A DNA stretch of 64,000 nucleotides from Candidatus Aminicenantes bacterium (GTDB lineage Bacteria; Acidobacteriota; Aminicenantia; Aminicenantales; Aminicenantaceae), in assembly GCA_050115915.1 (NCBI GenBank), contig JASFPP010000002.1:3299-67298 (forward strand), given 5' to 3'. The notes below the pieces were generated by a model. That model had not been told where the DNA came from and did not search any database. It was given only the letters and a program-made list of their open reading frames with translations. Every line of letters begins with the position of its first letter. Positions within the stretch are counted from its first letter, which is position 1. Below, piece after piece: positions 56,001 to 64,000 of the stretch. Position numbers and translations under genes: made by a program.

Positions 56001-56100
56001 TTCCGACTATAGACCCATCCAGCCTCTGTTGACCCAAAACCGGTGACAGACTACCCAGCAAAAGACAAAAGGAAACGGCCAAAAGAAAAAATCGCCTCAT
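53059..56100 (-). CDS. TonB-dependent-receptor-like outer membrane protein with an N-terminal CarboxypepD_reg domain
   Basis: Signal peptide from MRRFFLLAV (GAGGAG ribosome-binding site). GSIVGKVVDADDRPLPGVTVT carboxypeptidase-regulatory fold. Long beta-barrel ending ..VKVSLRLTF. Confidence 0.85.
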   Translation of the reverse strand: MRRFFLLAVSFCLLLGSLSPVLGQQRLDGSIVGKVVDADDRPLPGVTVTIESRALSYALKYVTTETGIFRFPTLPPGNDYALTFEVLGFKSVTRRGLRVNVGKTSSVSIVMELGGLEEDVTVVGFSPVVDVRSAKTSVNYARDFIYHIPMSRDLYDVLNSIPGSVSENVDYRRTSFISGGTVRGNQYSVDGVTINDPVVMYPMTNINIDVYEEVEFGLYGHPADVGLADGGFVNIVTKSGGNDYHGGLTAEYFDDRMSQSLLSREDLKSMGLEKPMGRSSWRDLSLYLGGPIVRDSLWFFVNGRYYTWTQDFNLVSWDETISSRERVFTQEQGPHKEMNFFGKLTFQLTPEIRLMAMYNLANITEEYYTHRLSSYTDRTATSRWDGENGHTLSLQANWVTSQNHFLDFRFGYNYRYFPLPFSDYALEDAPQYWDRYWGMYRNNSRFQETYTRRRINPSAMATLFVDDLFGTNHEIKIGAEYEWVTSNWDWWRGNPVRFDYFDGNVYSYPTSQAPNRGFVYIYTCGPTCSSSIEQDTKRRFGVFIQDNLSLSDRLTLNLGLRLDTSTGRFPNQSKEATADPYGILQVLPGLGEESPYGFYELEGRNILTWTHFSPRVGFSYDVFGDGKTSIRGSWSRYNEYLMVQYFNSLNPLYPRGGAWFWYDENYNKRPDRDDRYEIYDLPDSPYVYDLENVLDPESSAPYTDEFTLGLERELARNLSAGVTLIYKHKSNIFEDVNDYGLGREHAWKGYSPESPYWERFTFEDPGDDGLFGTDDDKTSFCYAELATSPGGRHWFHTNLDVGFRKYAAIQFILNKRMAHRWQILASLVWSKSWGNIGGRYSETGGASTNYDTPNSLIFPEGRLDYDRPLNIKIQSSVILPQDFICSGYFSYLSGTPWARTIWVYIPEDKRYLYPGQGYHVITEERGTRRTAPLATLDLRVEKRFRISDSILLGGYIDILNAFGWSGYKIDADPGGYLDYSDPENPVFKRYSSYGDITAAYGTRVVKVSLRLTF

Positions 56101-56215
56101 CGTTTTTCTCCTCAAAAAAAAGGCTGCCGGGTTCACGGGGACACCCGACAGCCTCTGTGTTTTCCAGTCAGCTGCTTAATCTGTATTATTCGAAGTATTT
56201 CATTTTTTTGGAGCA

Positions 56216-56230
56216 GCAAAAATCGTACCA
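56216..56230 (-). promoter_or_regulatory. Sigma-54 promoter (TGGTAC-N5-TTGC) upstream of the outer membrane protein gene
   Basis: The minus strand reads TGGTACgatttTTGC with exact GG-N10-GC spacing, about 115 nt upstream of the ATG at 56100. Confidence 0.6.
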
Positions 56231-56374
56231 ATCGAGACGAAAAATATAAGTTGTTGATTATAATAACGTTATGAATTTTCGACCTGTCAGGAAATGCAAA
56301 AATTATCCAAAAAATGTAAAAAGTCTTTCAAAAAAATGAATCCGTTCCTAAAAATTGAGTAAAATCGAAGCGAT

Positions 56375-56731
56375 CTAGAACGGCTTTTTATCGAAGCGAA
56401 TGTCGTATCTTTTCAGTTTTTCGTTCAGAGTGGTGTATTTGATTCCCAAGAATTTTGCAGCGCTTTTTTGACATCCATTGCATTGGCCCAGGGCCCGCAT
56501 CAAAATGCTTTTTTCTACACTCCCGATAAGTTCTTTAAAGGGGACCCTTTGTCGGACGCAAAAATACTCGATGAAAAGATCAAAGACCTCCTTGCGGAAA
56601 GTCCTTTCTTTCCACTCTTCGAGATACTCCGGGCTTATCTTTTCGATGGATTCCGTCTCGAAATATGCCCTGCTAATCGGTCCTCCTATAGGAGGAACAC
56701 CCTGGTCGGTGTGTACGTTTTCCGTAGCCAT
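56375..56731 (-). CDS. Stand-alone Fis-type (HTH_8) DNA-binding protein
   Basis: C-terminal SAAKFLGIKYTTLNEKLKRYDI is a Fis/NtrC-type HTH. No AAA+ or receiver domain. 118 aa. Confidence 0.7.
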   Translation of the reverse strand: MATENVHTDQGVPPIGGPISRAYFETESIEKISPEYLEEWKERTFRKEVFDLFIEYFCVRQRVPFKELIGSVEKSILMRALGQCNGCQKSAAKFLGIKYTTLNEKLKRYDIRFDKKPF

Positions 56732-56744
56732 TGTATCTCTCCTT

Positions 56745-56936
56745 TTATCCCGTGAATTTTATTTTTTTCTTCACCTCTTCGGCCAACATGGGGAGACCGT
56801 CCTGGATCTTGAGTCTATCGATCTCTCCAAACCTTATGGATTCGCAGTACTTGATAAAGGAGTACCAGGCTGGATGAATGTATGTCATGCCACTCGTTTT
56901 TATGCTTTCATCCAGCCTTCGTATCCCATTCGCCAT
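56745..56936 (-). CDS. Small YezD/DUF2292-like protein
   Basis: 63 aa. FGEIDRLKIQDGLPMLAEEVKKKIKF resembles the YezD motif (G.v.i.vqdG.v..ie...k.k). Confidence 0.5.
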   Translation of the reverse strand: MANGIRRLDESIKTSGMTYIHPAWYSFIKYCESIRFGEIDRLKIQDGLPMLAEEVKKKIKFTG

Positions 56937-56947
56937 ACTACATATCC

Positions 56948-57412
56948 CTACACTCTTTTTTCTTTGCCATTCTTGCCGTTCAAAAGATATTCTATAGAAT
57001 GATTAAGTGCGTTGAGGTCCAAAGGTTTTACAAAAAAATGACCGATCGAAAGGCGGTTCAACTCATCGATGTCGATCATATCCGGAAAGCCGGAGATCAA
57101 GATCGCCTCTCCTTTGTATCCGGCTTCCCTGAACCTGGAGATCATCTCGAGCCCGCTGATATCGGGTAATTTGAGATCAGCGATAATCAGATCCACATTG
57201 GCTTTCTTAAACTTGTGCAGCGCTTCTTTCGGATCTTTTGCCAGAAAAACTCTGTAGTTATCATGGAGGATCATGAAGAAGGTCTTCCTGACGCTGTCGT
57301 CATCGTCCACAATCACAATTTTTTTCTCTTGCATTTTGTTCATCCTGAGCAAATTCTCGTTTCCTCCTTCGAACATGTTCTTCCTATTGCAGATTTCGTG
57401 CCATCTGAACAA
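56948..57412 (-). CDS. Single-domain response regulator (receiver only)
   Basis: IVIVDDDD, LIIADLKLPDISG and FFVKP motifs. The start is ambiguous (57412, 57376 or 57343). Confidence 0.8.
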   Translation of the reverse strand: MFRWHEICNRKNMFEGGNENLLRMNKMQEKKIVIVDDDDSVRKTFFMILHDNYRVFLAKDPKEALHKFKKANVDLIIADLKLPDISGLEMISRFREAGYKGEAILISGFPDMIDIDELNRLSIGHFFVKPLDLNALNHSIEYLLNGKNGKEKRV

Positions 57413-57543
57413 TTTTTTGGACTTCCCAGGGGAAAACAGGAGAGCTGGGGAGGATCTGTTCGAAAAGCCCAGATAAGATAATTTACATGGGGTAAAATGG
57501 ATTTACACAGACAACGAATGTGCCCCATCCCGAGGAATTGGCA

Positions 57544-58878
57544 CTAGACTTTAAGGTCGTATTCTTTGATCTTTTTATCGAGAGTTGGCCGGCTGATCTG
57601 AAGAATCCTGCACGTTTTTGTTTTATTGCCTTTCATTTCTGTGAGGACATGCTGGATATAATTCATTTCAACATCCTTTATCGGGCCGAGCTCCCTCGGA
57701 AGGACTTTTTTCTCACTCCCATCAAGCGGCAGATTTTCTTCGAGGATAACGTCTCCTTTCGCCAATATAACGGCACGCGTGAGAGCATTTTCTAACTCAC
57801 GGACGTTTCCTCGCCATGTATTCTCCTTCAGGATTTTCATCACCGGGGGGGGAACTTTCCTGACATTTTTCCGGAGCTGCCCGTTGATTTTCTCCAGTAG
57901 ATAGGCGACGAGCTCTGGAATGTCGTCTTTTCTCTCGCGCAAGGGAGGCAGCGGGATCACGACAACTTTGAGGCGGTAGTAGAGGTCCTCCCGGAAGGTG
58001 CCTTTTTCGATCAATGCCCTCAAATTCTGGTTTGTGGCCGCAATGATCCTCGCCTCTGTTTTAAGAACCCTCTCTCCTCCGACCTTCATGAAGTCCCTGG
58101 TTTCGATGACCCGGAGTAGCTTCGACTGGAGGCTGGGCGAAACGTCGCCTATCTCATCCAGAAAGAGGGTTCCTTTACCAGCGATCTCGAACTTTCCCTT
58201 TGTCTCACACACAGCGTCCGTGAAGGCCCCCTTCACATGGCCGAAGAGCTCGCTCTCAAGGAGTGTGTCTGTTATCGCGGAACAATTGATCACGATAAAG
58301 GGCTCCCTGCTGTAAGGGCTGTTGTAATGGATGGCTTTGGCGACCAGCTCTTTCCCGGTGCCGCTTTCGCCCTGGATCAAAACATTCGTGCGGGTCGGGG
58401 CCACAGAGCCTATCAATTTGAAGATCTCCCTCATCTGGGGCGAGCGGCCGATGATATTGTCGATGGTGTATTCTTTCTGTTTTTCTTCCACCAGGTAACT
58501 GAGTTTATCTTCCAAGTTTTGAACTTGGAAGGCTTTGTCAATGGTCAGGTCCAGCTCGACGTGATCCAGCGGTTTGACCAGGTATTCGAATGCTCCCAGC
58601 TTAATCGCATCCACAGTGGTCTTCATGTCATCGTAGGCTGTCATTATGATGATAGTGGCGTTCTTGTTTTTTTCTTTGATGAAACTCAGCGCTTCCAAGC
58701 CATCCATATCCGGTAAACGGATATCCAGGATAACAAGATCCGGAGTGCACTGCTCGTACTTCTCGAGCCCTTCACCCCCATCCTCGGCCATGTGGACTTC
58801 AAATTTATCCTTGGCGAGATGGGCCGATAGCGTTTTCCTGATTAAAGGATCATCATCAATTATTAGGATCGATTTCAT
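57544..58878 (-). CDS. Sigma-54-dependent response regulator (receiver + AAA+ with GAFTDA loop + Fis HTH)
   Basis: GESGTGKELVAKAIH, ESELFGHVKGAFTDA, and C-terminal HTH (KTKTCRILQISRPTLDKKIKEY). The ATG at 58878 overlaps the kinase stop (ATGA). Confidence 0.9.
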   Translation of the reverse strand: MKSILIIDDDPLIRKTLSAHLAKDKFEVHMAEDGGEGLEKYEQCTPDLVILDIRLPDMDGLEALSFIKEKNKNATIIIMTAYDDMKTTVDAIKLGAFEYLVKPLDHVELDLTIDKAFQVQNLEDKLSYLVEEKQKEYTIDNIIGRSPQMREIFKLIGSVAPTRTNVLIQGESGTGKELVAKAIHYNSPYSREPFIVINCSAITDTLLESELFGHVKGAFTDAVCETKGKFEIAGKGTLFLDEIGDVSPSLQSKLLRVIETRDFMKVGGERVLKTEARIIAATNQNLRALIEKGTFREDLYYRLKVVVIPLPPLRERKDDIPELVAYLLEKINGQLRKNVRKVPPPVMKILKENTWRGNVRELENALTRAVILAKGDVILEENLPLDGSEKKVLPRELGPIKDVEMNYIQHVLTEMKGNKTKTCRILQISRPTLDKKIKEYDLKV

Positions 58879-60368
58879 TGGACTTCCCCACAAGGAATAA
58901 GGATTTCAAAACAAGCCCCCCTTCCTTCTTTCTTAATGATCCGAATGGATCCATTATGCTGTTCGACAATTTTTTGAGCATTGGCCAATCCCAATCCAAT
59001 GCCGACAGACTTCGTCGTGTAAAAAGGCTCAAAGATATTTTCCCACTCTGATTCCGCAATGCCCTTTCCGTTATCGGAAATTTCAATCGAGATCTTTTTT
59101 TCTTCTTCCTCTTCAACGAGAGATAGGATAATGTCGATCTCGCCGCCTTCGTCCAACTCTTCATAGGCGTTGCGAAGAATGTTAACGATGACCAACCGCA
59201 TCTTATCGCCGTCAACATATACGGGAGGCAATCCCTCCTCGTATTCCTTCTTCACCTGAATATTTTTGAGCTCCAGCTGGTCGGTGATGATCTTGAGCGA
59301 GCTGTCTATGATCTGCTCCATAGAGAACTCGAGGAAATTAAGCTCAGAGACACGGGTGAAATTCAGGAGTTCCTTGATGAAATTTTCGATGTGATCGATC
59401 CCCTCTTGGGTGATATCCAGATGTCCCCTCTCGACCTCTCCCCAGCATTCGCTCTCAGCGACTTTTTGGACGTTGAGCTTGACAGACGTCAACGGATTTC
59501 TTATCTCGTGGGCAATGCTAGCAGATAAGCGCCCTATGGACGCAAGCTTCTCTGCATGGACCAGTTTTTTGCTCGCCTCCTCCATCCGCCTTTTTGTGAG
59601 AAAAAGCTGCTCACTCATTTTATTGAAGCTAGTGGCGAGATTACCGAGCTCATCATGGGATGAGAGATCGATCCTGTGGGAAAAATCGCCTTTGGAGATT
59701 CGGACTGTTCCATCCACCAATTTTTTAAGCGACGTCGTGATCCCCCTGGATAACAGGATCGAGCCCACAATACCGAAGAGAAGTCCCAGGCCTGCGATCA
59801 AGACCAGCTTGATATGGGTGTCCCTGATTTCCGCACGTGCCTCCTCCATAGAAAGACCGATCTTGACAGAGCCCCACCTTCTTGGGGAGCCTTCCACATA
59901 TATGGGTGCTTCGATCTCCAAGATGGGCAAGGCTTGAGCAGTTTCCCGATCCTCTAGTTCTATTCTGCTAGAGAAAAAATTCCCCTCGAGTTCCGCTTCG
60001 GCAAAGTTGCTGTTTGCGTAGATCTTTTCGTAGGCCTTGATAAATTCGTTGCCGGCAAAAGGAGAGTTGTTGGCATCATAAAACACGATGTAGATCAATT
60101 TATCACTGATCTGTTTTTCGATGTTTTCCTCTGCCCCTGTAACATCCCTGAAAACCACAAATTCATCATAATTCAATTGGATTAAATATTCGGCTTCAAG
60201 GAATCCTCGGCTGAGCTGCTCTTCATAAATGGCACTCACTTCCCGCTTCTCGATCACAAAAAAGATTAAACCAACGAGCACAAAGAGTAACATTATGACG
60301 GCGAGAATAAATTTTGTTCGCAAGCTCATCAGCAAAGGCCTCATTTCTATATACGTAGATAAATACAA
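58875..60368 (-). CDS. Sensor histidine kinase (periplasmic domain, HAMP, HisKA, HATPase_c)
   Basis: Two TM segments flanking a ~150-aa sensor region. HAMP (LATSFNKMSEQL), H-box SIAHEIRNPL, N box, DNGKGI and GIGLGLA. Confidence 0.9.
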   Translation of the reverse strand: MYLSTYIEMRPLLMSLRTKFILAVIMLLFVLVGLIFFVIEKREVSAIYEEQLSRGFLEAEYLIQLNYDEFVVFRDVTGAEENIEKQISDKLIYIVFYDANNSPFAGNEFIKAYEKIYANSNFAEAELEGNFFSSRIELEDRETAQALPILEIEAPIYVEGSPRRWGSVKIGLSMEEARAEIRDTHIKLVLIAGLGLLFGIVGSILLSRGITTSLKKLVDGTVRISKGDFSHRIDLSSHDELGNLATSFNKMSEQLFLTKRRMEEASKKLVHAEKLASIGRLSASIAHEIRNPLTSVKLNVQKVAESECWGEVERGHLDITQEGIDHIENFIKELLNFTRVSELNFLEFSMEQIIDSSLKIITDQLELKNIQVKKEYEEGLPPVYVDGDKMRLVIVNILRNAYEELDEGGEIDIILSLVEEEEEKKISIEISDNGKGIAESEWENIFEPFYTTKSVGIGLGLANAQKIVEQHNGSIRIIKKEGRGACFEILIPCGEVQ

Positions 60369-60373
60369 ATGTT

Positions 60374-61972
60374 TTATTTATCTAGCCAAATCTTTTTTGC
60401 GTCCAGGTAGTAAAAGCCCAGTGAGGGATATTCAATTCCACGCACATAAGGTTGTACGGCCACCCTATTCTGGTGAGAGAACAAAGGTATGGCAGGCACA
60501 TCGATGAGCAACATGTCTTCGATCTTGTGAAAAAGGTTGATCCTTTTCTTCCAGCTTCTCTCTATCTCTGCCTCCTGCAGGAGCCTGTCAACGTTGGAGT
60601 TCACGTATCCAAACACGTTGAAGATCGACCGGGAATGAAACAAGGGACGGAGCATATCCTCGGGGTCGGGGAAGCTCATGTTCCTTTCGACGAATACCAT
60701 GTAGGGATCTTTTGTCGTCTGTAATTCTTGTGGTGATTTGTAGAAATCCATGCGGGAGTCGATATCCATGTCTCTCAGCTGATCGCGCAATTCTCTGTAT
60801 ATTCTGCGTTTTTCATCCGTCCTCGGCCATTCAAAGTACAATGTGACCCGAGGAAACCGATCAACGGAAGAAAAACCCTCCCTCTGGAGCATATCTTTCG
60901 CTTTCTCCAGGTTATAGGGTTCCCCCTCATGCGGGGGGAAAAAGCCGGGCAAACTGGAGGGAATATAGCTGTCTGTGGTTAAACGCAGGTATTTAATATC
61001 CTTCGCCGCTGTGACAAGGGCCTGTTTATCAAAACCCAACGAAAGGGCCTTCCGGACAGAAACCCGATTCAAGGGAGGGATCCGGCAACTCAAACCCAGA
61101 AAGTAATGGGTCATAGGCCCATCCTCATACAGCTGGTACTCTGAATCGAGTAACCTTGTGGAGAGGATGGGGATGGCGTCGATTTCTCTATCGTAAAAGT
61201 GATCGAGAGTAAAAAGTGAACAGAACTCGATTCCATCCAGAAAAGGAGCGCCTGCGAAATATTCGGGATTGCGCTTTAGGCGAAGACCGGCGACCTGCAG
61301 CCTTGTCGTCCGCACCCAAAAGTCGAATATAAACGGTCCAGTTCCCGAGGGCCTGCGAAAAAAATCTCTCCCCTCTTGGGTGGCCTTCTCGCGCGGAAGG
61401 ATCTTGCAAAAATTCATGCTCATCAGGTAGAGAGCCGAAACAAAGGGTTTGGTGAGATGCATCTCAAACGTCAAATCGTCAATAGCCCTAAACCCTTTAA
61501 CCTCAGTTGATTTTCCCTCGCGGAAATCCGCAGCTCCTTCCACCCGGCTGACGAAGAACTGATAATAGGGAGAATTCGTCGCTTTATCGAGAAGCCGTTC
61601 GAACGAATATTTGACATCATTGGCAACGAGTTCTCCGCCATGATGAAATTTAACGCCCTTTCTTAAATAAAACGTATAGACTTTTTTATCTGAAGAAATC
61701 TCCCAGTATTCTGCAAGAGAAGGTTGGATGTGGAGGTTTTTATCCAACCTCACCAGGCCATCATAGATCTGTTCAGAGAGAAAAATGAAGGAATCGGGGC
61801 TTGCAGGGTCGAGCTCTCTCCTGTAGACGTCAGTGAATGATTTTAGGCGGAAAATCCCGCCGTCCTTCGGCTGAACCTCTTTGCGTGTCCTCCTAGATCC
61901 CGAGGGAAGAGACATGACACACAGAAGGATAAGAATGACCAGAGCAGGGAACAACCGGAGCTTTCTCAACAT
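60374..61972 (-). CDS. Family-5 (peptide/nickel-type) periplasmic solute-binding protein, first gene of the two-component operon
   Basis: Signal peptide. SBP_bac_5-like core (LVRLDKNLHIQPSLAEYWEISSDKKVYTFYLRKGVKFHHG). No ABC permease or ATPase genes are adjacent. Confidence 0.8.
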   Translation of the reverse strand: MLRKLRLFPALVILILLCVMSLPSGSRRTRKEVQPKDGGIFRLKSFTDVYRRELDPASPDSFIFLSEQIYDGLVRLDKNLHIQPSLAEYWEISSDKKVYTFYLRKGVKFHHGGELVANDVKYSFERLLDKATNSPYYQFFVSRVEGAADFREGKSTEVKGFRAIDDLTFEMHLTKPFVSALYLMSMNFCKILPREKATQEGRDFFRRPSGTGPFIFDFWVRTTRLQVAGLRLKRNPEYFAGAPFLDGIEFCSLFTLDHFYDREIDAIPILSTRLLDSEYQLYEDGPMTHYFLGLSCRIPPLNRVSVRKALSLGFDKQALVTAAKDIKYLRLTTDSYIPSSLPGFFPPHEGEPYNLEKAKDMLQREGFSSVDRFPRVTLYFEWPRTDEKRRIYRELRDQLRDMDIDSRMDFYKSPQELQTTKDPYMVFVERNMSFPDPEDMLRPLFHSRSIFNVFGYVNSNVDRLLQEAEIERSWKKRINLFHKIEDMLLIDVPAIPLFSHQNRVAVQPYVRGIEYPSLGFYYLDAKKIWLDK

Positions 61973-62022
61973 TACGCTTTCCTCTTATGATAAAAAAACA
62001 CAGGGCTCAAGGCAAATACAAG

Positions 62023-62037
62023 GCAAGTTTTATGCCA
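62023..62037 (-). promoter_or_regulatory. Near-consensus sigma-54 promoter (TGGCAT-N5-TTGC) upstream of the binding protein/kinase/activator operon
   Basis: The minus strand reads TGGCATaaaacTTGC with exact GG-N10-GC spacing, about 50 nt upstream of the ATG at 61972. Confidence 0.65.
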
Positions 62038-62295
62038 TCTTTGGATAGTATGATAACTTTTTTAATATGAATAAGTTAAGAGGATTCAGGAAGATCTGGA
62101 ACAATTTTTTTGTAAATATTTTTTACAGAATGCCGCTAGTTTGGGCCTGAGATGAGTTTTGCGCTCCAAAGCTTTATTTCAACCAGATCAACAGGTGCGA
62201 ACAAAGGGGCAGTGATGAAATAAGCGTACGACTGCAAATTCCGTTTCAGGAAAACCGTGTGTCGCGCAAACTCTGAGATTAATAAAGGAGGAAGG

Positions 62296-63546
62296 CTAGG
62301 TTAGTTCAGAAACCTCGATCACCCGAGCGAGAACACGCATGATGTTTCCTCCCCAGATCTTCTGGATATCGTCTTCAGAGTAGCCGCGCCTGAGAAGTTC
62401 TTCGGTGACATGGGGCATCTCGCTGACATCATTGCATCCATCGACGCCACCACCGCCGTCAAAATCCGTACCGATGCCCACATGATCCACGCCGATGAGC
62501 TCGACGACATGATCGATATGGTCAACCAGCTCCTTTAGTGTCGTCTTCTCCCCGGGGTATTTTTCATAGATCGCCTGGTATTCGGCATAGAGCTTGGCTC
62601 TTTCGGCTTCATCACGGATGTCGCGTCGGGACTCGTATTTCTTGCGAAGGACCTCGAGCGCGGCATCCCTCCCTGGGTTGGGGGGCTGCTCTTTGATGAA
62701 GTCAGAAACGAAGCAGATCTGGATGACGCCATCGTTTTCGGCCAGGGCTTTCAGTTGCTCGTCGGTCAAGTTCCTGGGATGGTCACAGAGAGCCCTCACG
62801 CTGGAATGAGAAGCGATGATCGGCGCTTTTGTCGATTCAATAATATCGTAGAAGGACTTTTCAGAGGCATGGGAGACATCAACCATGATACCCAAGCGGT
62901 TGCATTCGGCCACAACCTCCTTACCGAATGCCGATAAACCATTATCTTCAGGCCCTTCTGTATCCGTGGAGGAATCACAAATATCGTTGTCCCTGGAATG
63001 ACAAAGAGTGATGTAGCGTACGCCTCTTTCATAGTATTTCTCGATCAGGGACAGGTCCTTTCCGATCGGATACCCGTTCTCCATCCCGATAAAGGCGGCG
63101 CGTTTGCCCTCCTTTTCGATCCTGTAGGCATCCTCTGGAGTCGTAGCCAGAGCCACGAGCTCAGGATAGTCTGCGCACATCTTATGGATGGCATCGAGTA
63201 TAAGGAGAGCACGCTCTTTAGCCCCTTCATATCCCTCTGGGGTTCTCGCGCCCTGTCCGACAAACACGGCAAAGAACTCCGCATCTAAACCTCCCTCTGC
63301 CATACGGGGAAGGTCGATCTTGGAGCCTCTTCGTTCTTTGGATTCATGCCGCTTGCCGATGTCCCAATCCTCTCTGAGAAGGCGTGATGGCGTATCAGCA
63401 TGTGTATCCACAGTCAAAACTCTATCATGAAGCATGCTGACCCTAGCGGCAATCTCGGCCTCGGTCTCCTGGGATGAGCAGGAGATCAACCTATAAACCA
63501 AAACCAGTAAAACTGCACCCCAGGCAATTTTTGTGTTCACCTTCAC
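62296..63546 (-). CDS. M19-family membrane dipeptidase (lipoprotein)
   Basis: Lipobox LISC. HADTP, FFAVF, DVSHAS and GTDFDGGGG motifs. C-terminal IWGGNIMRVL. Confidence 0.9.
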   Translation of the reverse strand: MKVNTKIAWGAVLLVLVYRLISCSSQETEAEIAARVSMLHDRVLTVDTHADTPSRLLREDWDIGKRHESKERRGSKIDLPRMAEGGLDAEFFAVFVGQGARTPEGYEGAKERALLILDAIHKMCADYPELVALATTPEDAYRIEKEGKRAAFIGMENGYPIGKDLSLIEKYYERGVRYITLCHSRDNDICDSSTDTEGPEDNGLSAFGKEVVAECNRLGIMVDVSHASEKSFYDIIESTKAPIIASHSSVRALCDHPRNLTDEQLKALAENDGVIQICFVSDFIKEQPPNPGRDAALEVLRKKYESRRDIRDEAERAKLYAEYQAIYEKYPGEKTTLKELVDHIDHVVELIGVDHVGIGTDFDGGGGVDGCNDVSEMPHVTEELLRRGYSEDDIQKIWGGNIMRVLARVIEVSELT

Positions 63547-63655
63547 TTAAATTCCTCCCTCCTATCGGATCTCCGGAGTCGTCTCTCGCTATCTCGCAAG
63601 AGCTCGAACAGCATAATTTTGTTTTTTTTGAAAAATATACGGAGGAATCTAAGAT

Positions 63656-64000
63656 TTACCACTTGCCGTCCATCTGGAATTCCGCTCCGCCCAGCCAGAA
63701 TCCCGAACGGGTCACGGAATCGAGCTGAGCCTGGAGAAGATCATAGTGGAATTTTTCTTCTTCGCTGATCTCACGGAAGATCTTCTTCGCGACCGGATCG
63801 TCGGCATCTGCCGAAGCTTGAGCAAAAAACCGAATCGCGTTTTCCTCGAGCTCCATCCCCACACGAAGAGCCTCAACCTCTCCCTTGGCATCTTCCCTCT
63901 TCATATTCTCCTTGAGCTTTGTGATGAGAGGGGCTTCGCCGTCTTCCACCTCTTCTCTGATGTACTGCTTCCAATCGGTGCCGCCGAGAATCTCGTTGAA
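63656..64000 (-). CDS. Ferritin-like/rubrerythrin-fold protein (partial, N-terminus beyond the 3' edge)
   Basis: E..A..FY-type helices (GMELEENAIRFFAQA, ISEEEKFHYDLLQAQL). The reading frame stays open to the window end. Confidence 0.55.
   Translation of the reverse strand, partial: FNEILGGTDWKQYIREEVEDGEAPLITKLKENMKREDAKGEVEALRVGMELEENAIRFFAQASADADDPVAKKIFREISEEEKFHYDLLQAQLDSVTRSGFWLGGAEFQMDGKW

Noticed and set aside
57511-57526. A sigma-54-like box, GGGCAC-N5-TTGT, upstream of the receiver-only regulator
   Set aside because: The spacing is right, but the invariant GC of the -12 element is GT and the first T of the -24 element is missing. It is too weak to call without a scored matrix.

Overview
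This 64-kb chromosomal window comes from a Gram-negative-type, probably uncultivated bacterium. The gene content is many TAT-exported DUF362, aldo-keto reductase and PLP enzymes, sigma-54 regulators, NHL/TolB/SBBP propellers and CarboxypepD_reg TonB-like outer membrane proteins. It reminds me of Acidobacteriota- or Aminicenantes-like genomes, but that is a guess, not a search result. Coding density is high and most long ORFs have a recognisable family.

Housekeeping blocks:
- 0.1-7.3 kb: histidine kinase tail, NtrC-like regulator, alanine:cation symporter, mgtE, recO and an S46 dipeptidyl-peptidase.
- 22.2-29.9 kb: ftsH, folP, cdaA, cdaR, glmM, pdxJ and an M20 amidohydrolase.

Accessory or unusual parts:
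1. 13.85-21.93 kb is a visibly AT-richer segment that ends at an intact tRNA-Ala(GGC). It holds two truncated tRNA 3' fragments, one of which forms a 36-bp perfect direct repeat with tRNA-Ala. It carries three cargo genes (Ser/Thr kinase-TolB, a small secreted protein, and an SBBP/FG-GAP repeat protein). Each cargo gene is followed by a start-less remnant of the same conserved protein tail ([22 protein letters not shown]).
2. 38.4-45.1 kb is a poly-gamma-glutamate locus with PgsB, PgsC and a non-CapA third protein. It is flanked by an M28/M19-like fusion peptidase and an AstE/AspA-type zinc hydrolase.
3. 45.3-62.0 kb is a long minus-strand cluster. A periplasmic binding protein, histidine kinase and sigma-54 activator module sits behind a near-consensus sigma-54 promoter. 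A second sigma-54 promoter sits in front of a TonB-dependent-like outer membrane protein. Downstream come a transglutaminase-like protein, DUF89, TAT-DUF362, a TAT-signal class V PLP enzyme and a CBM9/DUF5916 outer membrane protein.
4. A roughly 165-nt element bounded by 13-14 bp inverted repeats lies at 50.13-50.29 kb, and its arms recur as a compact hairpin at 8.54 kb.
5. There is a PtsN-type EIIA fused to an HP0958-type zinc ribbon.

I saw no CRISPR array, rRNA, integrase, transposase or obvious defence genes. All family calls come from motif recognition by eye. No database search or numeric computation was run.
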